This document shows, piece after piece, positions 21,501 to 30,401 of a stretch of DNA of 48,808 nucleotides. The notes below the pieces were generated by a model that saw nothing but the letters and a program-made list of their open reading frames with translations, ran no database searches and was not told the origin of the DNA. A program made the position numbers and the translations under genes. Each line of letters starts with the position of its first letter. Position 1 is the stretch's first letter. Origin of the DNA: Candidatus Thorarchaeota archaeon (GTDB lineage Archaea; Asgardarchaeota; Thorarchaeia; Thorarchaeales; Thorarchaeaceae); the NCBI GenBank assembly GCA_048882385.1, contig JBHLRQ010000014.1, positions 1 to 48,808 on the forward strand, in the 5' to 3' direction.

Positions 21501-22454
21501 CTAAGTTAAAACCTCCTCTAATCGGTCTTGTTCAATAAGCTCACGAATCTCCAAAGCAATTCTTTTCCCCATCCACATTGGTTTACTAAATTGAAGGAAT
21601 GAATATGGTGAAGATGGAATCCAGACATTTGTCCCAGCAACAATTCTCCCACTAAACTCAAAGCTGACTATTCTCTGATTCCTGTCGATTATTGTTTCGA
21701 TGCAAAATGGGCCTGGTATTGTATCTTCTGACAACCTCTGAAACGCTTCTACAAATGCCACTCCCATATCGTAGTACTCTGCAAGTGTCGATTCACGGAG
21801 AACTAATGGCAAATTCCCGATGACAATAAAGCTAGGTTGATCGTTAAAACGTAGGTTTGCATCAGCATCTGTTTCATATCGAATGTCAGCACCAAACACC
21901 TCAATGCGGTCATGGACCAGAGAATTGAAGTATGTAACAAAGACCTTTGTTCCAACTATATACTCCTGAAATGTATACTTCTTTGAAGAATCGATTTTAT
22001 CTTGTATCTCGTCAAGGTCCTTCGCGATGAAGTATCCTGATCCACCTGCTGCTCCTGAAGTCTTAGCAATAACTGGACAATCAATCTCTTCAGTTGAGCG
22101 GAATTCACGTGGGATATAAAATCCAGCTTCTTTCAATAGTTTTGATTTGAGTTCGCGATCCTCCTCCCAACGCAGCAGTTGCTTGTTCCCAAAGAGTCGA
22201 AGATTCGAATCAAGAATTCGCTCAGCTCCCAAATATGCCACAAATGAGCCATGTGGGACTAACACTACATCATCCAAATCAATCTCAAAAATATCTTCGA
22301 ATTCGTTTACTTGAACTATTGAGTTTTTGAGTCCAAATGACTCGTAAAACTTCCGACGATCAGGTGTACAGAATAGGACTGTTTCAAATCCCTCTGACTT
22401 TGCACCTGATAGTATATTGAGGGCACTGTGACTTGCGATTGTCCCTATCTTCAT
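21501..22454 (-). CDS. purP: FAICAR synthetase PurP (formate-dependent)
   Basis: TIASHSAL, PHGSFVAY, GN.QLLRWE, GNLP.VLRES, GPFCIE, FEFSGRIVAGTN, MGKRIA.E. Confidence 0.9.
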   Translation of the reverse strand: MKIGTIASHSALNILSGAKSEGFETVLFCTPDRRKFYESFGLKNSIVQVNEFEDIFEIDLDDVVLVPHGSFVAYLGAERILDSNLRLFGNKQLLRWEEDRELKSKLLKEAGFYIPREFRSTEEIDCPVIAKTSGAAGGSGYFIAKDLDEIQDKIDSSKKYTFQEYIVGTKVFVTYFNSLVHDRIEVFGADIRYETDADANLRFNDQPSFIVIGNLPLVLRESTLAEYYDMGVAFVEAFQRLSEDTIPGPFCIETIIDRNQRIVSFEFSGRIVAGTNVWIPSSPYSFLQFSKPMWMGKRIALEIRELIEQDRLEEVLT

Positions 22455-23857
22455 TATGATATATCCCTCTCATAGTCTCTGGCATTAGACGATTCGAGTT
22501 TTTGAACTCTCTCTCGAATTGTACGTGCATGCTCTGTAGGGTACTCTCCATTCAAACACGCTAAACATAGATCTTTGAGACCTATCGCATTCTCAAGTGT
22601 ATTTGTTTCTTGATAGATGAGTGCATCAGCTTCAATAAAGGATGTGATTTCCTCTATTTTTGCAGTTGAAGCAATTAACTCGCGATCTGTTGCGATATCA
22701 ATACCATAATAGCAAGCATGGGCTTGTGGTGGACAGGTGACTGCGAAATACACCTTTGCAGCGCCTCTTCTCTTGAGATCAGAAACTATCATTTTTGCTG
22801 TTGTTCCGCGCACAACACTATCATCAACCACAAGTATGATTTTACCTTTGATTTTATCATCCAAGTAGATGTATTTGTTTCGTGCCATCGAATCCCTTTC
22901 TTCCTGAGACCTCATTATGAAAGTTCGACCAAGATATCGGTTCTTCAGGATGATTTCCCGCATTGGTACTTGTAGTTTCTCCGCCATTGCTTGGGCTGCT
23001 GGTCTGCTTGTATCTGGAACTGGTGCCACATAATCAGGATTTTCAAGGTTCATCTTTAGGAATGTGTGAGATAACGCTCTTCCCAATCTGAAACGAACAT
23101 CATAGACTAATTGATTCTCAATTGTAGCCGCTGGATGTGCAAAATAGACATACTCGAAGAAGCAATGAGTATGGAGTGAATTTTGTAATATCGAATGTGA
23201 TTCCAGAGCTCCTCCGTCTTCAAAGACCAATAACTCTCCTGGATAAACATCCCTTTCCAGGGGGATTCCAACCATATCTAATACTGTGCTCTCAGACACC
23301 ACGATTGTTTTTTTACCGGATCTTCCAAATACAAGTGGTTTGAAACCTCGACTATCTCTATAGGCAAACAACTTTCCATTCCATAATCCTACAAGACTGA
23401 ATGCTCCATCCACTTCAGACTCAAGTTGCTTGAATGCCTTGGGTAAATTGCCATTGTTCTCTTTGACATAACACAAAAGCTGTTCAGTAATGAATTCAGT
23501 ATCACAATCGTAGGTATTGTCAGTGATTGTATTGATGTTTGTTACATTTCCATTATGTGTCAAAGCTAAGCCATCTGCTTCGAATGGACCAACATATTTG
23601 TTCAAATCAGCCTCTGATACTACTCTGCGGCCGGTAGTGGGATATCTTGTGCTCCCCAATATTTGAACACTGTCTATTTCTGGAACATCAATTCTTGAAG
23701 GACTACCAATGGCTTTTGCAGTAGATACTTTTTCTGCATCGATCCAAAGAAGACCTGCTGCATCTTGACCCCTATGCGCCAAGAGCAAAAGTAGTTCCCT
23801 TGCTTTTCTCAAAGAGAATTCACCTTGAATTCCTAAAACACCGCACATACTAGTCAT
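22454..23857 (-). CDS. purF: Amidophosphoribosyltransferase (Fe-S type)
   Basis: MCGVLG (N-terminal Cys), HRGQD, HNGN, CFFEYVYFA, VDDSVVRGTT, CYYGID, LCLAC. Confidence 0.95.
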   Translation of the reverse strand: MTSMCGVLGIQGEFSLRKARELLLLLAHRGQDAAGLLWIDAEKVSTAKAIGSPSRIDVPEIDSVQILGSTRYPTTGRRVVSEADLNKYVGPFEADGLALTHNGNVTNINTITDNTYDCDTEFITEQLLCYVKENNGNLPKAFKQLESEVDGAFSLVGLWNGKLFAYRDSRGFKPLVFGRSGKKTIVVSESTVLDMVGIPLERDVYPGELLVFEDGGALESHSILQNSLHTHCFFEYVYFAHPAATIENQLVYDVRFRLGRALSHTFLKMNLENPDYVAPVPDTSRPAAQAMAEKLQVPMREIILKNRYLGRTFIMRSQEERDSMARNKYIYLDDKIKGKIILVVDDSVVRGTTAKMIVSDLKRRGAAKVYFAVTCPPQAHACYYGIDIATDRELIASTAKIEEITSFIEADALIYQETNTLENAIGLKDLCLACLNGEYPTEHARTIRERVQKLESSNARDYERDIS

Positions 23858-24462
23858 TCCTCCTTGATTATCACTCTTCTACCATCGATTTCTAATCTAT
23901 CAGTACAATAAAGTTGGACTGATTTCACGAGTATCTTATGTTCCTCGGGAAGGATTCTCTGAGCTAAAGTTTCTCCAGTATCCTCGTTAAACACTGGGAC
24001 TGCTTTCTGTAGAATCAAAGGACCATCATCCATATCCTCTGTTACAAAATGTGTAGAACATCCTGAAACTTTGACACCATGTTCAATTGCTTGATGTTGA
24101 GCTTTGATTCCTTTGAAGGATGGAAGAATTGATGGATGGACATTGATGATTCTGTTTCTAAAAGTCCTGATGAACATGTCACTAAGAATTCGCATATATC
24201 CTGCGAGAACGATAAGATCAACATTATAGTCCTTTAGAATCTGTTCCACTTTCTTATCGAAATCTTCTCTATTGGGATAAGCTTTCTTCGTCATTATTTC
24301 TATTGGAATTCCTGCCTTTTGAGCACGCTCGAGACCAAAAGCTTTTGACTTGTTGCTCAGGACAACGACTATTTCTCCTCCCAGCGTACCACGAGCTTGA
24401 GCATCAATTAATGCTTGAAGGTTTGTACCACGTCCACTGATGAGGACGCCTATCCGCTTCAT
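23854..24462 (-). CDS. purN: Phosphoribosylglycinamide formyltransferase (folate-dependent)
   Basis: LISGRGTNLQAL, LAGYMRIL, NVHPSILPSF.G, GCSTHFV...DDGP, EH. Confidence 0.95.
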   Translation of the reverse strand: MKRIGVLISGRGTNLQALIDAQARGTLGGEIVVVLSNKSKAFGLERAQKAGIPIEIMTKKAYPNREDFDKKVEQILKDYNVDLIVLAGYMRILSDMFIRTFRNRIINVHPSILPSFKGIKAQHQAIEHGVKVSGCSTHFVTEDMDDGPLILQKAVPVFNEDTGETLAQRILPEEHKILVKSVQLYCTDRLEIDGRRVIIKEE

Positions 24463-24580
24463 GCGAATGTTCCAAGAAAATCGCCACTAATATAACCTAC
24501 CACTTGCGGAGTTGGCTTCTAAATGGGTTCTAATTGACTCTGGGATCTCCGTTGACGCAATCATCATCGATCAATTGCAT

Positions 24581-25135
24581 TTAGAGGAACTCGCGAAGAA
24601 TTGTACCGATTACTGTTCCTAGGATTGTAGCTACAATGATGAGGATGAAGTAGATAATTGAGATTGATATTGCATTGAATATGAACTGACTAAGCTCAAG
24701 TTGAGGTATAAGTATACCCGGACTAATCAGAAATAATAGGAAGAACAAAAGAAAGAACACTGCAGCGATAAATGCACCCATTAACGCTGGTCCTGCTTCA
24801 GATGCTGTAAGTCCGATAGGTATTGCTACTATTATTGGAACAAGGAAAAGGAATGTAACACTATTTTCCAAATAATTCGTGACAACCAACGAGTACATGG
24901 TCGTATTTATGAAAGCAGTCAAAGCAGGAATTAAGACAAGTAGTAAATTATCTCTTCTTTTTTCAGGCATTGAAATACCAAGAACTTTCACAATGGGTTG
25001 TGGTCTGCCATCTTTTGTAATGTACTGAGGTTTTTCCTTTTCTGGAAGAGGTCTGAAGAATCCCTTCTTTTCCTCATGGTCTTCTTCTTCAGGAGCCTCA
25101 GCTCTAATCTTTTCTTCGTCTGCCATTTTTCCCAC
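24581..25135 (-). CDS. Membrane protein of unknown function (about 4 TM, charged N-terminus)
   Basis: Hydrophobicity pattern. Confidence 0.65.
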   Translation of the reverse strand: MGKMADEEKIRAEAPEEEDHEEKKGFFRPLPEKEKPQYITKDGRPQPIVKVLGISMPEKRRDNLLLVLIPALTAFINTTMYSLVVTNYLENSVTFLFLVPIIVAIPIGLTASEAGPALMGAFIAAVFFLLFFLLFLISPGILIPQLELSQFIFNAISISIIYFILIIVATILGTVIGTILREFL

Positions 25136-25272
25136 TCTGTTTAGCGTTTGAGGTTAGTCATAGAATAAAGTCTTCGCATCGCGCAAGCATCGAGATTAAT
25201 TCCATTTTTCCAGTCCAACCACAACTCCTATCTACACTTCTATACATCTAACAGATAGTCGGAGGAACTTCA

Positions 25273-26403
25273 ATGGTTGAAGGAAAACCTTTCTCAGATT
25301 CTGGTGATGATGATTATTCTTCTGAAGCATCAATGACAAGACGGAGAAAGATTGAGCATATTGAAATCTGTCTTGATGAAGAGGTTCAAGGTCAAAGACC
25401 TACAATGTTCGAAGACATCGAATTTGTTCATAATGCGTTACCCGAAATTGATAAGGATAGTATTGACCTAACAACCAATTTCTTTGGACTCCGAGCTGGG
25501 GCTCCATTAATTATCGCAGCAATGACAGGTGGACATCCTCAGACGAAAAGTGTTAACCAGAAACTTGCTAGTGCTGCTGAAGAACTCAATCTACCAATCG
25601 GTGTAGGGAGTCAGAGAGCAGGAGTTGAAGATGAGTCCTTGGCAGATACATTCAAAATAGTGCGGGAAACTGCACCATCAGTTCCTGTCATTGCTAATAT
25701 TGGCGCAACACATGTGTCTGTTGCACCTGAAGCTGTTTCTATGATTGAGGCTGATGTCTTGGCTATCCACCTTAATCCACTTCAAGAAGCTATTCAACCA
25801 GAAGGTGATTGTAACTCCGAAGGGGCACTTGAGAGCATTGCTGCAATTGTTGATTCCGTTGATGTGCCTGTAATAGTCAAAGAAACTGGGGCGGGGATAT
25901 CTGGAGAAGTTGCTAAGAGTCTGGAGGAAGTAGGTGTTGTTGGTATTGATGTAGGAGGTGTTGGTGGTACAAGCTGGGCTGGTGTAGAATACTTTCGTGC
26001 TTTGAGAGAAGATGATGATCTAAAAGCCCAATTAGGTCTTGAATTCTGGGATTGGGGAATCCCAACTGCATTGAGCGTATTGATGGTCCTTGACTCAACT
26101 GAGCTGGATGTAATAGCAACAGGAGGGATTCGAACTGGTCTTGATGTTGCAAAAGCCCTTGCTTTGGGATCGATTGCGGCTGGCGTTGCACATCCTCTTC
26201 TGAGACCTGCAGTTCATGGTAGTGCTCTTGACATCATCGTTGAGTTAGAACGTATTCTTGAGGGTCTCAAAGTTGCTATGTACCTGACTGGTTCACAAAA
26301 GGTTGAAGAGTTATCTTCGAAGCGTCTCATTCTGACTGGTAAACTCGTAGAATCGTTGAAATCTTTGGGTATTGATTATAGAAAGATTGCCAGTGGTATC
26401 TAA
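25273..26403 (+). CDS. fni: Type 2 isopentenyl-diphosphate delta-isomerase
   Basis: RKIEHI, AMTGG, GVGSQR, IHLNPLQE, VKETGAG, GGTSW, DWGIPT, GGIRTG. Confidence 0.95.
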   Translation: MVEGKPFSDSGDDDYSSEASMTRRRKIEHIEICLDEEVQGQRPTMFEDIEFVHNALPEIDKDSIDLTTNFFGLRAGAPLIIAAMTGGHPQTKSVNQKLASAAEELNLPIGVGSQRAGVEDESLADTFKIVRETAPSVPVIANIGATHVSVAPEAVSMIEADVLAIHLNPLQEAIQPEGDCNSEGALESIAAIVDSVDVPVIVKETGAGISGEVAKSLEEVGVVGIDVGGVGGTSWAGVEYFRALREDDDLKAQLGLEFWDWGIPTALSVLMVLDSTELDVIATGGIRTGLDVAKALALGSIAAGVAHPLLRPAVHGSALDIIVELERILEGLKVAMYLTGSQKVEELSSKRLILTGKLVESLKSLGIDYRKIASGI

Positions 26404-27813
26404 TCAGATCTTTCCAGCAAGTTGAAGATATTTTGACCTCATCCTTATCGCGTTGAGCATCTGGACAGCTTCTTCAATAGTATCTCCGACAGCTATTCCA
26501 TTCAACTCGAAACCACGAATAATCACTTCATACTTGTCCAAATCAGGAACATAGGCTACGACTGTCTTGTCATGTTGCTTAGCTACATTAGCCACTCGTG
26601 CACCAATCTGTAGAGAGATACCTGGTGCATAAGGGAGCAATAGCAATAGTCCTGCATCGATTGAATCAAACCCGAGCATCCTATCCAATACTCTTTCATA
26701 ATCCACATCAGCTGCACTACCTGTAAGATCACAAGGATTACGAAATGAAGCAATGCGCTGATACGCTGGAGTCATTACTTCTCTCATCTGAGATTGCTCT
26801 TCCTCAGTAAAAGGCGGCATTATCAAACCATAGTGGGACGCTTCATCGCTTGCTATCACTCCATGCCCACCACTAACTGTTAGTGTACCGACTCTGGGTC
26901 CCCTCATGTACTTTGGCTTGAATGAAAACACTTTGGCATAAGCCATTACTTCATCTTCATCTACAGCATGAATGATGCCATATTGTTTGAATGCTGCCAT
27001 AGTTACAGCTAGGTTTCCTGCTAGTGATGATGTGTGACTCTGGGTTGCTCTGTGACCTGCTTCAGATTCTCCTCCTTTTAGTACAACCACTGGCTTCTTG
27101 GGTGCTATCTTGTTACATGCGCTGACAAACTCTCTCCCTTCTCCTGGTCCAAAACCTTCGATATATGCACAGATTACGTCGATATTCTTTTCATTCCCAA
27201 AGTATTCTATGAAATCAGTCACTTTCGTTTGAGCTGAGTTGCCAATAGAAATTGCTGCTGAAATACCTACATCTCTATCTGCGAACTCTTCTAGTCGCTC
27301 AATGAGCCATCCTCCACTCTGAGAAATGATGGCCACGTTTCCTTTTCTGGGTCTCGCGACACGCTCAGATGGTAGAAAGAATGTATCCAAGACATCTGGC
27401 ACAAAGACTCCTATGCAGTTTGGACCTACCATTGTTATTTTGAATTTATTTGCAATCTCGACAATTTCCGATTGGAGACTTGCACCTGACGCACCTATTT
27501 CACTGAATCCCCCAGAAACCACAATTACAGATCTTATCTTCTTCTCTCCGCATTCTCTCAGGACTCCAGGCACATATTTAGCTGGAACTGAGATGACAAC
27601 CAATTCAATATCATCAGGAGCTTCTGTTATTGACTTATGAACAACCACACCCTCCACAGATCCTCCTTTGGGATTTATCGGATAGGTTGGTAGTCCGTTC
27701 TCAAATGCTAGTTTACGGAAGATTACATTTCCTGGACTGAAAGGATTTAATGTAGAAACACCAACAACAGCGGTTACTTTTGGATTTAGCATAGTCTTTA
27801 GACCAGTCATCAT
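26404..27813 (-). CDS. acdA: ADP-forming acyl-CoA synthetase, alpha subunit
   Basis: CoA-binding domain (AVVG.S, PINPK), SGGFSE, GPNC.G, SQSGG, SIGN, and phospho-His SHTSSL. Confidence 0.85.
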   Translation of the reverse strand: MMTGLKTMLNPKVTAVVGVSTLNPFSPGNVIFRKLAFENGLPTYPINPKGGSVEGVVVHKSITEAPDDIELVVISVPAKYVPGVLRECGEKKIRSVIVVSGGFSEIGASGASLQSEIVEIANKFKITMVGPNCIGVFVPDVLDTFFLPSERVARPRKGNVAIISQSGGWLIERLEEFADRDVGISAAISIGNSAQTKVTDFIEYFGNEKNIDVICAYIEGFGPGEGREFVSACNKIAPKKPVVVLKGGESEAGHRATQSHTSSLAGNLAVTMAAFKQYGIIHAVDEDEVMAYAKVFSFKPKYMRGPRVGTLTVSGGHGVIASDEASHYGLIMPPFTEEEQSQMREVMTPAYQRIASFRNPCDLTGSAADVDYERVLDRMLGFDSIDAGLLLLLPYAPGISLQIGARVANVAKQHDKTVVAYVPDLDKYEVIIRGFELNGIAVGDTIEEAVQMLNAIRMRSKYLQLAGKI

Positions 27814-27903
27814 GCAACCTCATGTATATTGACTGGTGTCATCATACATCCCTTATATGAACTATGCCCCTAAATCGTACAAAGGAAACTGTTTCGATAA
27901 GAA

Positions 27904-28974
27904 CTAAGGTTTCATTTGAGTAAGTATTTCCCTAGTCCTTGGTTCTGCTAACAGTACATGTTGTAATTTGCACAGTAACTTAGCAATTTCCGCATAGATT
28001 ACCTGTCTTGCTGGGTCTGAACCAGACTCTGCATTCTGGATGGCCTCTTCGACCTGCTGATTAAGTCTCTTGATGAGTCTTTTCTCAAGCTCAGGACCAC
28101 CCCAACCGAAACCATCGAAAGCAGTCTGAGCCTCCAATATTTTCTCTTTGATGTCTACCTCTTTCTCTCTAAGAATCGGTTCAACTCCAGCAAAATACTT
28201 GGCCACTGCGCGTTCAATTCGTTCCATCTCGGATGCATTTAGATAATTCTCTTGCTGCCGAGTCTTCATTAAATCTTGAAGCAACCTGGCTCCTGGTGCC
28301 TCTGTCAATAGACCTTTTGCAGTCTTTACAAGTATTCGAGCAGGTAGTTCAATAACATCTCCAAGGTATGGTGAGTCCGATTTGTATCTGTGAATCTCTC
28401 TCAATGACTCTAGCCAGAATGTTGGAAGCAGTACATGACATGATGTGCTCTTCTGCTGAATCAATCGTTGGCTCTGACCAATTAGTCCAAACTGGTCATC
28501 CTCTACATCAACCTTACGATATGCTTCGACTGGTGTTGTAGTTTCTCCACCAACAAGCGGAATGATATCACCTTCAGCTGATGCTGCAGTTTCTGTAATC
28601 TTAGCACCTGATCCCTTCTTTACAGCCTTAGTCCCTTCCAAAAGCGAAAGGATCTCTTGTGTTGCAGTTCCCGATTCAGCTTGCTTTGCTTTATCAGAAA
28701 GCTTGGGCAATAGACTTTCGACTTGTGATAGTCTCTTTACAATAAGACTCATGATATTCTGAGTCGAGGGTGGAATCCCTTTCATTGTCGTAGCTTCTTC
28801 CATCCATTTTCGTGTTCGAAGTAGTCCCTGAGTCAGTGAATCAACACGATCTGGATCTATACTCTCTTCGACTTGTGAGCTGAGCAGAAAGTGGATCAAT
28901 GTCGAGTTTAAAGTCACGATAAGGAGAAGCCTATCGATGAGGTCTTCGTACTGGAAGTTGGAAGAGTCAGACAA
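27904..28974 (-). CDS. Hypothetical mostly alpha-helical protein, third gene of the tubulin-like operon
   Basis: 356-aa ORF starting 17 bp after the tubulin-like gene; GGTGGTGA RBS before TTG; no recognised domain. Confidence 0.75.
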   Translation of the reverse strand: MSDSSNFQYEDLIDRLLLIVTLNSTLIHFLLSSQVEESIDPDRVDSLTQGLLRTRKWMEEATTMKGIPPSTQNIMSLIVKRLSQVESLLPKLSDKAKQAESGTATQEILSLLEGTKAVKKGSGAKITETAASAEGDIIPLVGGETTTPVEAYRKVDVEDDQFGLIGQSQRLIQQKSTSCHVLLPTFWLESLREIHRYKSDSPYLGDVIELPARILVKTAKGLLTEAPGARLLQDLMKTRQQENYLNASEMERIERAVAKYFAGVEPILREKEVDIKEKILEAQTAFDGFGWGGPELEKRLIKRLNQQVEEAIQNAESGSDPARQVIYAEIAKLLCKLQHVLLAEPRTREILTQMKP

Positions 28975-28991
28975 TCTGTCACCACCAGTTT

Positions 28992-30389
28992 TTATTCCAT
29001 AGTTTCTCCAGGTGTCATGTAATAGCTAAAGAGTTCGCGGAAATCGTTAATCGCATCAACGAGTTCCTTTCTTGTTGTACCCTTTGATCTCATGAACCAG
29101 CCTTGTTTTAGAGGTGAAGCACCACTGTGAAGATTGACAAGTTGAGTTGCTTCATTGATGATTTGAACGAGTTCAGGTATTTTTGGCAACCCTAGCAATA
29201 GGAGTAGGTTGGTATTCGAATCCTCTTGATTCAGATACTGAACGTAGCATGGTGTGATAGCAGCTCCTGGAGCTATGAATTTGTCAAGAGCCTCCTTCAC
29301 ATGCATTCCAAATTCTGCCTTGGCAACATGCCGCGGTCCAGACATGACATAATAAACACTCTCGGCATTGGGTTCTTCTCCTACGTCCGCATACGAGCAC
29401 TCTTTCACAGCATAATCAATCATTGTCTTTAGCTGTTTTGGCATGCTTCCTGCATCTGGAATCAGACCAATGTCTGTGTATAGTGCAGGGACAACAACTG
29501 GGTCAAGTTTTCTTGCATAGTCAGCCAAGTCTGTTGTGGGAAAGACATCCTTTGACGCCTCCCACACTCCTGGTGATAGCATTGCCTCGACCACGTCTAG
29601 AGCCAATGGATTCACAAGCTCCACAAATGCCTGCTCTGTTCTTGCATCTGCATCAGTTGCTTCTTCTAGCGTGGATGGAACCATTGTTTCAATTGAGTCG
29701 ATATCTGCAATGTCCACTTCCAATTCTCTCTGTAGATAATCAACCGTATCCCCCTTTCTCCATTGGAGAATTCTCTTCAGCATCGTTCTGTTTGAGAGAA
29801 GGATTGTTAGATCTGCTCCTCTTTCTTGAAGTTGTGCCCGAAGTAGCTTGGAAACAGCCCATATTGAGTTCAGGGCTTCGCTAGATTGCCCCTCAAATGG
29901 AAGAATACCAATAACATAAACGAAGATACGTCTGCCCTCTTCTTCTTGGAATCGTTGCTTTAAGAGTTCAATAAGTGCTGGTGTACCACCACAACCAGTA
30001 CCACCACCCAGACTCGTGAAGATACAGAAACCAGATACTCCCTCGAATCCTAGGTTGCTGAGCTGGTCGAAGATGATGTCCTTGGATTCCATGATGCTGT
30101 TATAACCATCCATGAAACGTCCTCCGACACCGATCTCACTGGCACCATATAGGAGTGTATTCTCTTTCGGAATACCATATTTCTGGCGAACCTTTGTAAG
30201 GTCAGCTCTGTCTGTATTGATGAGTAGATATCCTCTCACACGTGAGGGTAGTCTCTTATCTCTGCTTGTCTTGAGATATGATCCCACAATGTTTGAACCA
30301 CACTCGCCAATTCCAATGGCGAATACTTCGGCTGCTTTTGTTGTGTCATCACTCTCAATAGGTGCTTTGGGTGGACTGCTACCGAACAT
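28992..30389 (-). CDS. Divergent tubulin/FtsZ-superfamily GTPase
   Basis: T1 IGIGECGSNI, T2 INTDRADL, T3 GVGG, T4 signature SLGGGTGCG, T5 ILPFEG, T6 SN, T7 TDLADY; tubulin-like C-terminal helices. Confidence 0.92.
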   Translation of the reverse strand: MFGSSPPKAPIESDDTTKAAEVFAIGIGECGSNIVGSYLKTSRDKRLPSRVRGYLLINTDRADLTKVRQKYGIPKENTLLYGASEIGVGGRFMDGYNSIMESKDIIFDQLSNLGFEGVSGFCIFTSLGGGTGCGGTPALIELLKQRFQEEEGRRIFVYVIGILPFEGQSSEALNSIWAVSKLLRAQLQERGADLTILLSNRTMLKRILQWRKGDTVDYLQRELEVDIADIDSIETMVPSTLEEATDADARTEQAFVELVNPLALDVVEAMLSPGVWEASKDVFPTTDLADYARKLDPVVVPALYTDIGLIPDAGSMPKQLKTMIDYAVKECSYADVGEEPNAESVYYVMSGPRHVAKAEFGMHVKEALDKFIAPGAAITPCYVQYLNQEDSNTNLLLLLGLPKIPELVQIINEATQLVNLHSGASPLKQGWFMRSKGTTRKELVDAINDFRELFSYYMTPGETME

Positions 30390-30401
30390 TGTTTCTTTCT
30401 C

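Noticed and set aside
28992-30389. Calling the GTPase ftsZ, cetZ or bona fide tubulin
   Set aside because: It lacks the FtsZ GGxGxN/GAG/NxDFAD consensus and the tubulin-specific motifs (MREI, DLEP, NNWAKG, VEPYN). Assignment needs a phylogeny.
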